A stretch of DNA of 64,000 nt from positions 84,574 through 148,573 of the forward strand of contig JAUYHB010000006.1 in NCBI GenBank assembly GCA_030690305.1, given 5' to 3'. The position numbers were made by a program, and so were the translations under genes. How positions within the stretch are numbered: the first letter of the stretch is position 1; every line of letters begins with the position of its first letter. Under the pieces are notes generated by a model. That model saw nothing but the letters and a program-made list of their open reading frames with translations. It was not told the origin of the DNA and searched no databases. Below, piece by piece: positions 49,658-59,957 of the stretch. The stretch is from a bacterium. GTDB taxonomy: Bacteria; Patescibacteriota; Minisyncoccia; Phycocordibacterales; JAGLPS01.

Positions 49658-50454
49658 TACACGTTGAGAAAAAAGGCGCTTACCGAAACATTAAAGAAAA
49701 AAACAAGCACCATACCAAGGATTAAAAATGGGCCGAAAGGAATTTCACTTTTCATTGTAAGCTTTTTACCGCCGAAGGACCAGCTGGGTATTCGTTGGAG
49801 AAGAATCAACAAAAGACTGACCGCGGCGCCAATCCAAAATGAGAGGACAATCGCATCAAAACCTCCCCGAAGACCGAGAAAAAAACCGATGCCAAGAGCG
49901 AGTTTCCCGTCGCCCAATCCCATCCACTCACCTTTTGATAAAAACCACAGAAGAAAAAAGGGTGTAAAAAAAATCGGACCAGCCAACAGATACGGGATAT
50001 GCCCCGCAAACCCGTCAACAAATACGCCCCAGACAACATCCCCAAGAGAAAGAAAAATAAACAAAAAAACAAGAAGGTCGGGAATAATCATGTGCTTAAA
50101 GTCATAGACGGTAATAGCAAGCAGGATACTCCATATGACGGAATAAAAGACAAAGGCGAAGGAAAAGCCGTATGTCATAAACAAGAGCAGAAAAAAAAGG
50201 CCCGACAAGAATTCAACCGTCGGATACTGGAAAGAAATCGGAGCTCGACAGTTTTGGCATTTCCCCTTCAGAACAAAGAAACTTGCAATCGGTATGAGCT
50301 CAAGGGGTGAAAGCGTTTTACCGCATTGAGGACAATGGGACCTTCCTAGAATCGATTCCTTTCCATAACGCGCGATAACAACATTTAAAAAACTGCCGAT
50401 GATTGTCCCGAAAATAAAAACAAAAAAATAAAGAAGGGATTGCGAAGGCAGCAT
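49657..50454 (-). CDS. pilD: Prepilin peptidase
   Basis: GSFLNVVIAR, two CxxC, GLGDGKL, IPFGPFL. Confidence 0.93.
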   Translation of the reverse strand: MLPSQSLLYFFVFIFGTIIGSFLNVVIARYGKESILGRSHCPQCGKTLSPLELIPIASFFVLKGKCQNCRAPISFQYPTVEFLSGLFFLLLFMTYGFSFAFVFYSVIWSILLAITVYDFKHMIIPDLLVFLFIFLSLGDVVWGVFVDGFAGHIPYLLAGPIFFTPFFLLWFLSKGEWMGLGDGKLALGIGFFLGLRGGFDAIVLSFWIGAAVSLLLILLQRIPSWSFGGKKLTMKSEIPFGPFLILGMVLVFFFNVSVSAFFLNV

Positions 50455-50476
50455 ACGCTCTTATCGGTTAAAAAAT

Positions 50477-50968
50477 TTAATTACAAGCAAGATCGTTTGC
50501 GTTTGTCAGCGCCGCGGTACCCGCGCCACTCACAGCCGTGTAGGGTGTGGCACCACCGCCTTGTGTGCTTCTTGAGACTCCGGTACTGTCGACACACCAT
50601 GCACCTCCTGAACGAAGCGGGGCTGCCGCTGCCCAGTTGTTTGCCGCACCGGATGCCGGTTTGCCACAAACGTCAGAGGTTTCATTGCCCGCCCCGGCAA
50701 AACTCGCGGCATTAAGGGCAAGCATTACGGTTTGATTTTGGGTAACGCTGTTTGCCGCACACACTGCGTCGTAGTCGCCGTCAGTGTCGTAGATAAGTTC
50801 TGCTTGAGAACGCACTCCGGCAAGATTTTCTTTCACAGCGGCATCATACCCACGGACACGCGCGGCATTAAGGCTTGCCAAAACAATTGACGACAAAAGG
50901 CTGATGATTGAAATCACGACCAAAAGCTCGATAAGCGTAAATCCGGTTTCGTGTTTATTTGTATTCAT
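50477..50968 (-). CDS. Type IV pilin (paralog 2)
   Basis: GFTLIELLVVISII. Confidence 0.9.
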   Translation of the reverse strand: MNTNKHETGFTLIELLVVISIISLLSSIVLASLNAARVRGYDAAVKENLAGVRSQAELIYDTDGDYDAVCAANSVTQNQTVMLALNAASFAGAGNETSDVCGKPASGAANNWAAAAPLRSGGAWCVDSTGVSRSTQGGGATPYTAVSGAGTAALTNANDLACN

Positions 50969-51025
50969 ACACTTTTAAACCCCGCGCAAATTCCACTACA
51001 CCCATTATACCTCCCGTAAAGGAAA

Positions 51026-51058
51026 ACAAAAACCACCGCTTACGCGGTGGTTTTTGTT
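51026..51058 (-). terminator. Terminator after the major pilin
   Basis: ACAAAAACCACCGC-TTAC-GCGGTGGTTTTTGT. Confidence 0.75.
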
Positions 51059-51073
51059 TATGAGATCTAAAAT

Positions 51074-51556
51074 TTAGTTACAAGCGACGTCGTTTGCATC
51101 AGTTAAAGCCGGTGTAGCTCCTGAAGTCACGCCCGTGTACGCTGTACCGCTTGAGTTCGCCAAACGGGAAACACCCGTTGAGTCGACACACCATGCACCT
51201 CCTGAACGAAGCGGGGCTGCCGCTGCCCAGTTGTTTGCCGCACCGGATGCCGGCGCACCGCAAACATCTGAAGTGGTGTCACCTGCTCCTGCTGAACTTG
51301 CCGCGTTTAGGGCGTTGAGAACTGTTGTGTTCTGTGTAACGCTGTTTGCCGCACACACTGCGTCGTAGTCGCCGTCAGTGTCGTAGATAAGTTCTGCTTG
51401 AGCGCGGATACCGTTAAGGTTTGCCTTCACAGCCGCGTCATTACCCTTGATACGAGCCTGGTTGAGACTTGCCAAAACAACGGAAGAAAGTATACCGATG
51501 ATGGCAATAACAACCAAGAGTTCGATAAGTGTAAAACCTTTGTTTTTCTGTGACAT
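51074..51556 (-). CDS. pilA: Type IV major pilin
   Basis: KGFTLIELLVVIAIIGILSSVV; own upstream region and terminator. Confidence 0.85.
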   Translation of the reverse strand: MSQKNKGFTLIELLVVIAIIGILSSVVLASLNQARIKGNDAAVKANLNGIRAQAELIYDTDGDYDAVCAANSVTQNTTVLNALNAASSAGAGDTTSDVCGAPASGAANNWAAAAPLRSGGAWCVDSTGVSRLANSSGTAYTGVTSGATPALTDANDVACN

Positions 51557-51731
51557 TGTATAAATGATTTCTTAATAAACTTTTATTTCGACCGGCCCTC
51601 TCGCGAGACGCCGCTTTTTAAAAAAAGCTTTGTGCATTCATTATATAACTATATGGATAAAGGAAAAAGGCCTTTGTTGATATCTCGATATTACTCGATA
51701 TCAATCCTGAGTGGAGTCGAAGGACTGACAA

Positions 51732-52934
51732 CTAGGAAAGCGTTGCGACGTCGTAAATAGGTATGAGAACAGCAGCCAAAAGGATACCCACTCCGACACC
51801 CAAAACAACAACCATAAGAGGTTCAATAAGACTAATGAGAGTATCGACGGCATTTGTCACCTCGCGTTGGTAGAACTTGGCCATCGTGTTTAAAATATTG
51901 CCCAATTCTCCAGTCTCTTCACCCACCTTCACCATCTGCACCATAATCGTGGGTACTTCGGAGTAATTAACAAGGGATGCGGAAAAAACACTCCCTCCTT
52001 TGACCGCCTCAAGGCTTTCAGCCAATATTTTTCGGTAGAGAGCGCTCCCTACAACTGATGAGGTGACCTCTATCGCGCGAAGCATAGGAATACCCGAGGC
52101 AATCATCGTGCTCATGTTGTCAGCGACCCGCGAGAGAAACAGTTTTTTGTACAAATCACCGAGATAGGGGACGTTTAACCGGAACCTGTCAAATGCCAAA
52201 GCACCTTCGGGAGTTTGTATGTATTTCCCCAAGAAAAAACCTCCCACAATAAGAAAGACCAAGAGAAAAATTCCGTAATGTATGAAAAAGTCGCTCGTCC
52301 ATATGACAAGTTTGGTATAAATCGGCAATTCCCTCCCCGATTCAATGAGAATGGCGGTTATTTTGGGAATTATCATGGTAAGCATTAAAGACATAACAGC
52401 TACAAAAACCGCTATGACAAAGGCGGGGTAAATAAGAGCCCCCCGAACTTTTGAGGCGACTTCGTACGTTCGGTCAAGATAATCGGCCAAATAATTGAAT
52501 ATTTCGTCAAGCCGCCCCGATTCTTCTCCGGAACGGACCATGTTAACGTAAAAATCGGAAAAAACATCGGGATGTTTTGCAAGTGATTGAGATATGGAAC
52601 TTCCCGACTGCAGGTCATTCGCGACCTGGTCGAGAGTTTCCCGCAAAATTTTGTTCTCCGCCTCGTTGGCAAGAAGTTTAAAAATTCGGAGGGCTGGTAC
52701 TTTTGCCTCAAACAGCGTCGACATTTGCCGTGACAGGATGACGATGTCTCGGGCGGATACATAGTGAAAAGATGAAAACCATCCCAATGATTTTCTTTCT
52801 TCAATCGGGACAATGGATGATAGGACAACACCCTGGTTTTGCAGAGAATTAATGGCCGCATCAATATTGATGGACTCGATTGTCCCTTTTCGCTCCTCCC
52901 CCGCTTTGTTTACGCCTTGATAACTAAATAACAT
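51732..52934 (-). CDS. pilC: Type IV pilus platform protein
   Basis: Two T2SSF domains; GEESGRL, ALIYP, VGEETGEL, LIEP. Confidence 0.92.
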   Translation of the reverse strand: MLFSYQGVNKAGEERKGTIESINIDAAINSLQNQGVVLSSIVPIEERKSLGWFSSFHYVSARDIVILSRQMSTLFEAKVPALRIFKLLANEAENKILRETLDQVANDLQSGSSISQSLAKHPDVFSDFYVNMVRSGEESGRLDEIFNYLADYLDRTYEVASKVRGALIYPAFVIAVFVAVMSLMLTMIIPKITAILIESGRELPIYTKLVIWTSDFFIHYGIFLLVFLIVGGFFLGKYIQTPEGALAFDRFRLNVPYLGDLYKKLFLSRVADNMSTMIASGIPMLRAIEVTSSVVGSALYRKILAESLEAVKGGSVFSASLVNYSEVPTIMVQMVKVGEETGELGNILNTMAKFYQREVTNAVDTLISLIEPLMVVVLGVGVGILLAAVLIPIYDVATLS

Positions 52935-52940
52935 ATGTGT

Positions 52941-54002
52941 CTAGAGCATTCTCTCAAGAATCTTTTGGTTAACCGCATGCAGAAAAGCATTTTCAACAGT
53001 AATATCGCCTTTACGGACAAGGTCCGCGAGACATCGGTTAAGGTCAATCATTCCTTCCTGTGAGCTTGTTTCAATGACAGTGCTGATTTCGTGTGTTCGT
53101 CCTTCGCGAATCAGGTTTGAGACGGCACTGTTTGAAATAAGCAGTTCGTACGCCGGCACAAGACCTCCGGAAATACGGGGAATGAGACGCTGCGAAAAAA
53201 TACCGATAAGACTTCCCGAAAGCTGAGTCCGAATTTGGTCCTGTTGTTGGGCCGGGAATGAGTCGATGATTCGGTCAATCGTCTGGGAAGCGGTATTGGT
53301 ATGAAGTGTTGAGAAAACAAGGTGTCCGGTTTCCGCCGCGGTAACCGCCGTCGACATTGTTTCCGGGTCACGCATTTCACCTATCATCAGCACGTCAACA
53401 TCCTGACGAAAAACGCTATGAAGCGCGGTATGGAAACTTCGCGTGTCATATTTGACTTCTCGCTGGTCAATAATTGATTTTTTGGGTTCAAAAACGTACT
53501 CAATTGGGTCTTCAACGGTAATAATGTGCTCAAGACGCGAAGTATTTATCATATCGATAAGTGTTGCCAATGTCGTACTCTTTCCTTGCCCCGTTGGTCC
53601 GACAACAAGAAAGAATCCCTGTTGCTTTCGTACAAACAATTCAAGGGATTGCGGCAAACCAAGTTCTTCAAGACTGCGGATTTGTCTCGGGATAAGCCGG
53701 AGTGCGATGCTTATTTTCCCCTGCTGGTAAAAAGCGTTGCCTCGGAAACGGGCTTTTTCTTTAAACACATACGCAAAGTCCACTTCTCTTTTCTCCGTGA
53801 GTACTTGGCTTTGCTCGGCGGTTAGAATTATCTGCATGAATCCGGTGATGTCAGCCCTTGTAAGCGGAGTTTTTTTGACAAGCGGAATAAGAAATCCGCC
53901 GACACGGAATGTCGGGTGGCGGCCTTCGGATAAATGAAGGTCGGAACCATCCTCGTTTATGATGGTTTCAAAAAGTTCTTCAAGCTCTTTCTTATAGTCC
54001 AT
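52941..54002 (-). CDS. pilT: Pilus retraction ATPase
   Basis: GPTGQGKSTT, EDPIE, AAETGHLVFSTLHT, AVSNLIRE. Confidence 0.93.
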   Translation of the reverse strand: MDYKKELEELFETIINEDGSDLHLSEGRHPTFRVGGFLIPLVKKTPLTRADITGFMQIILTAEQSQVLTEKREVDFAYVFKEKARFRGNAFYQQGKISIALRLIPRQIRSLEELGLPQSLELFVRKQQGFFLVVGPTGQGKSTTLATLIDMINTSRLEHIITVEDPIEYVFEPKKSIIDQREVKYDTRSFHTALHSVFRQDVDVLMIGEMRDPETMSTAVTAAETGHLVFSTLHTNTASQTIDRIIDSFPAQQQDQIRTQLSGSLIGIFSQRLIPRISGGLVPAYELLISNSAVSNLIREGRTHEISTVIETSSQEGMIDLNRCLADLVRKGDITVENAFLHAVNQKILERML

Positions 54003-54018
54003 CGTTTAAAAAGATTAA

Positions 54019-54414
54019 TTACCTGTCCTTGGCTTTAACAATCTTGAGTACCTCCTCTACGACTTCCGAAGGAATCGTCGTCGCTTTGACAATGTATCCG
54101 TCGGCACCGAGCGTCTTTGCTTCGGAAACATCACTTTCCCCTCCCTGATTGGTAAGCATGACAACCGCCGCATGCGGAGCAAGATTTTCTTTTTTGACTG
54201 TTCTCAAAAGTTCTTTTCCATCAATTGTCGGCATAATGATGTCGAGAAGGAGGGCGTCGGGATTAAACCCACTGCGGAGCTGGGCGAGTGCTTCTGTCCC
54301 CCCTGGCGCAGTGCTTACATCGAAACCGTTTTTCCCGAATTTCATGGAATACATGTTCAGGAGAAACTTATCATCGTCAACTATTAAGATTTTATATTTT
54401 TTCCCGTTTTCCAT
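54019..54414 (-). CDS. Single-domain response regulator
   Basis: ILIVDDD, LLDIIMP, LTN, YIVK. Confidence 0.88.
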   Translation of the reverse strand: MENGKKYKILIVDDDKFLLNMYSMKFGKNGFDVSTAPGGTEALAQLRSGFNPDALLLDIIMPTIDGKELLRTVKKENLAPHAAVVMLTNQGGESDVSEAKTLGADGYIVKATTIPSEVVEEVLKIVKAKDR

Positions 54415-54498
54415 TAAGAAGTATACAGATATGTGCGTCTATATTTCCCCTTTAAAAAACGCGCGAATCCACCATTAACTATATCACATTGTACTCTC

Positions 54499-56217
54499 CT
54501 AGAGACCGTTTATTTCCTCAAAAGGGATGATGCGCGAAAACGCTTTCGAAATTGCGTCTTCCTTCATTGTCATCATTCCGTTTTTTCGGGCTATTTTCCA
54601 AATTTCCGTCTCGGTGGGATTTTTCAAAACCGCATTTTCCAACTCTTTGTCCATTTCAAGCATTTCCATGACCGCCACACGGCCACGGACTCCCGATGGA
54701 CATCCGGGAGCAGGAGCGACCCCGTACATTTGTTTTCCGAACGGAATCTCTTTTTTGTATTCCTCGGGAAGGTCGGCAAACTGCTTTTCCATCATCATGG
54801 CAATACCACCATCAACGGATATCGGTCTTCCCGCCCCTGGACAAAACATGCGGACAAGACGCTGAGCCATCGCCAACACAAGCGTAGGACCAATGAGATA
54901 CGGGTCAACTCCCATGTCGATAAGACGCGGAATAGCACCAATGGCGTTATTTGTGTGAACGGTAGAAAGCACAAGGTGGCCGGTAAGTGCGGCTTGAATT
55001 GCAAGTTGGGCAGTTTCTTTGTCGCGAATTTCACCAACCATGATAATGTCAGGGTCTTGTCGAAGGGTCGTGCGAAGACCATTCGCAAACGTATACCCTA
55101 TTTCCGGATGGACCTGAGATTGATTGATACCGTCAATACTGTATTCAATAGGGTCTTCGAGGCTCAAAACATTTTTGGTCTCTTTGTCTATTTCATTCAA
55201 CATGGCGTAAAGAGTCGTGGTTTTTCCGGAGCCCGTCGGGCCGGAAATGAGAATCAACCCGTATGGACGTTTAATCGCTCGACGTATCGTTTCCAAGTTT
55301 CTTTTACTTAACCCGAGGTCGGTCAATTTCTTCACTCCCTTTTCCTGGTCAAGGATTCTCATCACTACCTTTTCTCCGTAAAAAGTCGGGAAAGTGGAGA
55401 CACGAAAATCAATCTGACGCCCGTCAATTTTCGCGGAAAATCTTCCATCTTGGGGTTTTCGTTTCTCATCGAGCCGCATATTCGCAAGAATCTTAATTCG
55501 GGCAACAACGGCGGAGTGCACCTTCTTAGGGAGCACGAGACTCGTGTTCAGCACACCGTCAACTCGGAAACGGACACGGACCGTATCACGAGTATGCTCA
55601 AGATGGACGTCAGACGTATCGCCTTCGGTCGCATATCGCAAGATGGTCGCGACTATCTTTGTTACAGGAGCATCTTCGGTTACCTGGACCTCATCTGTCG
55701 CATTTTTTTTTGTATCCGTCCCGGCCGTTTCCGCTATTTCATCCCCTTGCAATTCACCCTCAAGCTCATCGAGTGCCTCAGTCACTTCTTTCGACAGCCC
55801 TTTGTACATTTTGAGGACTTTTTCAAAATCTTCCTCCGAAATAAGGAATATCTTGAACGGCATGTTAATTTTTGTCGATATAAAGGTAAGCGCGTCTCTC
55901 GCTTCAATATTGTCAGGGTCGGTCATTCCAACCTCAAGCACCCCATCGGAAACTCCGAGAGGAACGAAACGGTAGTGCGAAGCCGACTCTTCGGGAATAT
56001 ACTCAAGAACGGTTGTTTGTATTTCTTCGTCACCCAAAAAGCGGACAGGAATATTGAGGTGCTCTCCCTTGCTTTCGATAATATCGCGCTCAGGAATTCC
56101 CATATCAACGAGCGTTTCCTCAAGAGGCTTTCCCGAAGTGCTTGCTTTACGTCGAATAGCCGGAATGTCTTCTTCCCGGATAATGTTTTTTCGCGCAAGA
56201 ATCTCGAGTATACCCAT
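54499..56217 (-). CDS. pilB: Pilus assembly ATPase (GspE/PilB)
   Basis: PQDGR, GPTGSGKTTT, LRQDPD, TGHLVLSTVH. Confidence 0.93.
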   Translation of the reverse strand: MGILEILARKNIIREEDIPAIRRKASTSGKPLEETLVDMGIPERDIIESKGEHLNIPVRFLGDEEIQTTVLEYIPEESASHYRFVPLGVSDGVLEVGMTDPDNIEARDALTFISTKINMPFKIFLISEEDFEKVLKMYKGLSKEVTEALDELEGELQGDEIAETAGTDTKKNATDEVQVTEDAPVTKIVATILRYATEGDTSDVHLEHTRDTVRVRFRVDGVLNTSLVLPKKVHSAVVARIKILANMRLDEKRKPQDGRFSAKIDGRQIDFRVSTFPTFYGEKVVMRILDQEKGVKKLTDLGLSKRNLETIRRAIKRPYGLILISGPTGSGKTTTLYAMLNEIDKETKNVLSLEDPIEYSIDGINQSQVHPEIGYTFANGLRTTLRQDPDIIMVGEIRDKETAQLAIQAALTGHLVLSTVHTNNAIGAIPRLIDMGVDPYLIGPTLVLAMAQRLVRMFCPGAGRPISVDGGIAMMMEKQFADLPEEYKKEIPFGKQMYGVAPAPGCPSGVRGRVAVMEMLEMDKELENAVLKNPTETEIWKIARKNGMMTMKEDAISKAFSRIIPFEEINGL

Positions 56218-56256
56218 AAAGGTTAATAAAAACCGATTACGTTTTTAAAAAATAAA

Positions 56257-56553
56257 TTAACGGAAAGACGCAAAGGGATTCGGCCTCCCCACCGGCTGTG
56301 ACGGAATGACAAGTTCGAATTCCGCAAGCCTTTGAAATTCGGAAGTAGAAAACAAAGAACCATCCAAGGAAACGTTTTCAAGGCGACGCAATGTTGTTAT
56401 CACCTCCTGCCCGACAGCGGTTATAGGCTGAGCGGAAGATTGGGGAATGATTTTGAAAAATGCGGTATATATCCATAATCCCACACCCGCAAGAACCGCA
56501 AGAACCAGCGCTCCGGCATTTTTCTGAAAAAAGTTTTGGTTATTGTCGTTCAT
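56257..56553 (-). CDS. Small pilus-associated protein (PilP position)
   Basis: TM plus C-terminal GRPNPF. Confidence 0.6.
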   Translation of the reverse strand: MNDNNQNFFQKNAGALVLAVLAGVGLWIYTAFFKIIPQSSAQPITAVGQEVITTLRRLENVSLDGSLFSTSEFQRLAEFELVIPSQPVGRPNPFASFR

Positions 56554-56562
56554 AGCCTTTGG

Positions 56563-57111
56563 TTAAGGGAGCCAATAAGTTTTTATGGTTATTTCATATG
56601 TGTGCGTAGTTCCTGCCGCCGATGCGTCAAATGAAACCTCGGGAAAATCAACAAGGCGAAGATTCGACTCGAGGCTGTCGATAAACTGAAGGAATTTTAC
56701 GTATGTGGTTGAAAAAGAAAAGGTCATGGAAAGTGTACGAAACGTGTCCGAAGAAGAGTCCGTGATGTTCCCGCCCACCTCGCTACCCGGCTGTCCTTCC
56801 TGAATACGAATAGCTTTTATGGCAATGTCGTATTTCTCCGCTATACCGTTAATCTCGGCGGCAAGTTTTACGTTATCAATATTGTGAGGAACCATTTTTT
56901 CAAGACGGGACAAGTCGGAGCCTGAAAAGGTATTGTATTTGTTTACAAGCACGGTTTTAGTTTCTTCAAGCTTTTTTGCACTGTCGAGAGCGCGGACATA
57001 ATCCGACTCTTCGGATTGAAGCGTGCGAATCTCAGCGTACGTCGGGTCGATATACACGTAAAAAAGCGCGACGGAGAGAATTATGAGAAGAAGTGGAAGG
57101 ATGCTTTTCAT
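56563..57111 (-). CDS. pilO: PilO-like protein
   Basis: TM, coiled coil, FLQFIDSLESNLRLVD..TYWL. Confidence 0.75.
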   Translation of the reverse strand: MKSILPLLLIILSVALFYVYIDPTYAEIRTLQSEESDYVRALDSAKKLEETKTVLVNKYNTFSGSDLSRLEKMVPHNIDNVKLAAEINGIAEKYDIAIKAIRIQEGQPGSEVGGNITDSSSDTFRTLSMTFSFSTTYVKFLQFIDSLESNLRLVDFPEVSFDASAAGTTHTYEITIKTYWLP

Positions 57112-57117
57112 GGCGTT

Positions 57118-57756
57118 TTAATAAGGGAATCCCTCAAGAGAAAGGGTTTGAAAGGTGTCTTTATAAAGAAGGTCGCGGGCGTTAAAAACAAGACTCAATC
57201 TGAATACCACATTCCCATCGGGGTCAAGGTCAAGATTCGAAAAGACGGAACGTTTCACCGATTTGTTTGTGGATAAAATATCAGATTGGAGAACGAGAGT
57301 TGTATAATTTCTCGCCTTCCCTTTCATAAAGACCGCGACATCCCCGTCAAGAGGAAGAATTTCGTAACTGAAATCGGTAAATTGAACATTCTGAACAGTT
57401 AATGACTGCAGCAATTCAAAAAAAGCGGAAACGGAAAGGTGCTGGGACAGAAGCGAACGGGCGGCTTTGAGACGGTTGTCGAGATCGATAAGTTCATTTA
57501 TTAAATCCGTGTTAAAAGAGGCTCGAAGTTCTGACAACTCCATATCAAGACTTTGTATCCGGTTGGAAAGATAGCTTTTATAAGAAAAAACCGCCGCGCC
57601 GGCAAGAATCGCCACGACAAAAACAATGACACCGACAAATGACATGAGGCCCGCCGGTTCTTTTTTACCAGTGGCGGCTGTATGAGTAATCCGGGTCGTT
57701 CCGGAAACAACCGGTTTTTGGGGTATGAATGTTGTTTTTTGAAATCGAGGATCCAT
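57118..57756 (-). CDS. PilN-like protein
   Basis: TTFIPQKP, TM, coiled coil; between pilM and pilO. Confidence 0.65.
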   Translation of the reverse strand: MDPRFQKTTFIPQKPVVSGTTRITHTAATGKKEPAGLMSFVGVIVFVVAILAGAAVFSYKSYLSNRIQSLDMELSELRASFNTDLINELIDLDNRLKAARSLLSQHLSVSAFFELLQSLTVQNVQFTDFSYEILPLDGDVAVFMKGKARNYTTLVLQSDILSTNKSVKRSVFSNLDLDPDGNVVFRLSLVFNARDLLYKDTFQTLSLEGFPY

Positions 57757-57798
57757 AAGGAACAAACTACTTCTCTAGTATATCACGCACTAAAGATG

Positions 57799-58920
57799 CT
57801 ATTCAAACTCCTGAAGACGTCGCAACGCGACGCCGACAGCAACGGCGAATTCCGGTCCAACCGTTTTCAATACTCCATCAAGAAATGCAGGTGCTTCAAC
57901 CTTGGAAAAGGGATCTCCAGAAACAATTTCCGACTGAAACGCCTTGTGGGCACGGTCTTTAAACCCAGAAAGCCCCACTCCGCCTCCGACAAGAACGATT
58001 TTACTTATGTTTTTTGAATATTTTTTCTGATAGGCATAAAGCACTCGGCTTGCTTCCGAAAAAACGTAATCGAGTATCAGGGAAACGGCTTCCATCACCT
58101 CCCTGTTGTCGCTATTACCTCCAAGGTTTGGATCCCGTTTCAATACTTCGGCTTTGTCCATCGGAACTGCCAGGGCTTTTGATATGGCAAGCGTTACATC
58201 TTGAGATCCCCTATTTATCGTGTGGGAACTTCGTATGACTCCCTTTTCGACAATGTACAGTTTGGTAAGCGCCGCTCCCATATCAAAAATCATGACAGGT
58301 GTGGTTTCTTGATCGAGCGAAGAGCGCATCGTACTGAATATTTCTATTTCAAAAAAACTTGCATTGAGAAGACCTTTTTTGACGATGTCTTGGTATTTGG
58401 CAATTGATTCGTTGTGGATGGCGACGATTAACACATCCCTCATTCCTCCGACGGGTTTCTGCGCGTTTGCCGAAACCGGTTCTTCAAGCGCATATGAACT
58501 GTCCGGAATAACCGACCAGTCAAGTGTTACCTCTGAAATCGGTACGGGAATGTATTTCCTAGCTTCAATGGGAATCATACCGGCAAGCTGTGCATCGGGA
58601 ACAGCGGGCATCGGAACAACGGTCAGCAGACTTGCACTGAAAGGTATGGCGATACCGCACCGTCGGTTTGTGATTCCCGCTTCTTTTATGACATCATTGA
58701 GAGCCTCAACCACTTTCTCGACAGGAAGATTGGTCGCCCGGCCGATTTCCAGGCCTGCATACGGGCCTAGTGCAAGCGCGCCGTACGTATCAAGCATCGC
58801 CTTGTTGCCTTTCTGGCTTAACTGCACAATCTTGATTGCCGAGGAACCTATGTCAATCCCAATAACGGACTTTTGAGTTTGTCCAAAAAGATTTTTGAAT
58901 TTTTTCAAAAAGGAAGCCAT
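57799..58920 (-). CDS. pilM: Type IV pilus assembly protein PilM
   Basis: IGIDIGSSAIK, EARKYIP, LVGGG, AVAVGVALR. Confidence 0.9.
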   Translation of the reverse strand: MASFLKKFKNLFGQTQKSVIGIDIGSSAIKIVQLSQKGNKAMLDTYGALALGPYAGLEIGRATNLPVEKVVEALNDVIKEAGITNRRCGIAIPFSASLLTVVPMPAVPDAQLAGMIPIEARKYIPVPISEVTLDWSVIPDSSYALEEPVSANAQKPVGGMRDVLIVAIHNESIAKYQDIVKKGLLNASFFEIEIFSTMRSSLDQETTPVMIFDMGAALTKLYIVEKGVIRSSHTINRGSQDVTLAISKALAVPMDKAEVLKRDPNLGGNSDNREVMEAVSLILDYVFSEASRVLYAYQKKYSKNISKIVLVGGGVGLSGFKDRAHKAFQSEIVSGDPFSKVEAPAFLDGVLKTVGPEFAVAVGVALRRLQEFE

Positions 58921-58966
58921 TTCGCTATAATCTTCTAGTATAACATAATGATGAGCCATTTTTCCC

Positions 58967-59617
58967 ATGAATAACCGTATGTTACGCCTTATATTCCAGT
59001 TCTTCTTTCCCATACCCCCTCAAGTGCAAAAACTTGAGGAAATGAGCGTAGAAGACTATCTTCGCGTGTTGGAACCGGCAGACAGGAACACCGGAAATAT
59101 GCACGTGTTGTGGAAGTATGCGGACACACTCGTTAAAACCGCCGTTTGGGAAATAAAGTATGCGAGAAATAATTGCATCGCGGAAAAGGTGGGAGAAATA
59201 GCACATGCTCACATAGCAAGCGAATGTGAAGACAGTATGATTTTTGAAAATCAAAAACAAATAGTGCTTATACCTATCCCCTCCTCGAAAAGCAAACGTT
59301 TTAAAAAGGGATATAACCAGACGGAACTTTTATGCGAAATGATTAAAAAATTCGATAAAGAAAATTTATTTGAATACAGAAAGGATGTGCTCGTGAGAAT
59401 AAGGGAAACCGTTCCGCAGACAAGAACAAAAACCAGAAAGGACCGTGAGAAAAATCCAAAAAATTCTTTCGGAGTGGTATATTCGCAAGACGTCCGCGGA
59501 AAAACTGTCGTGCTTATCGACGATGTTATGACAACCGGAAGCACCTTAAAAGAAGCGACGCGGGTCCTCAAAGAAGCGGGTGTCGGGAAAGTGAAACCGT
59601 TTGTTATCGCGCATTAA
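58967..59617 (+). CDS. comF: ComF family phosphoribosyltransferase-like competence protein
   Basis: IPIP, KGYNQTE, LIDDVMTTGSTL. Confidence 0.85.
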   Translation: MNNRMLRLIFQFFFPIPPQVQKLEEMSVEDYLRVLEPADRNTGNMHVLWKYADTLVKTAVWEIKYARNNCIAEKVGEIAHAHIASECEDSMIFENQKQIVLIPIPSSKSKRFKKGYNQTELLCEMIKKFDKENLFEYRKDVLVRIRETVPQTRTKTRKDREKNPKNSFGVVYSQDVRGKTVVLIDDVMTTGSTLKEATRVLKEAGVGKVKPFVIAH

Positions 59618-59649
59618 AATCAAATGTGGTAAAGTCTCTCTATTCAAAC

Positions 59650-59740
59650 GGAGAGGTGGCTGAGCTGGTCGAAAGCGCCTCACTGCTAACGAGGTAGGGG
59701 CCCTTAAAGTCCCTCGCGGGTTCGAATCCCGCCCTCTCCG
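59650..59740 (+). tRNA. tRNA-Ser(GCT)
   Basis: GGAGAGG/CCTCTCC acceptor, CTGCTAA loop, long variable arm. Confidence 0.93.
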
Positions 59741-59771
59741 CAAAATCTAAAGCCCGAACAGGGCTTTTTGA

Positions 59772-59914
59772 TTTTGCGAGAGAGGAGCTGTATGCTTGAG
59801 CATGCAGCGTGCGGGATTCGAAAGGAAATTTGCTGTTTTGTCAGCAGGTAAAACCAAATTTCCGGGGTCGAGGAGAAATTTTACGACAGTAAAATTTCGA
59901 GGTGACCGAATCCC
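59772..59914. other. Structured element beginning with an antisense copy of the tRNA-Ser 3' end
   Basis: 59811-59822 is the reverse complement of 59721-59732; 59772-59785 is close to the reverse complement of 59733-59745. Confidence 0.7.
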
Positions 59915-59957
59915 TCCCAGCTAAGTTTTCAAATTAATTCATATTTTCCTGACACTA

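Noticed and set aside
50477-51556. DGR template/variable repeat pair
   Set aside because: No reverse transcriptase in the window; shared blocks are identical rather than adenine-mutated
54433-55311. 292-aa ORF antisense to pilB (and similar shadow ORFs over ligA, ftsE, pyrG)
   Set aside because: Shadows of conserved genes with no recognisable motifs
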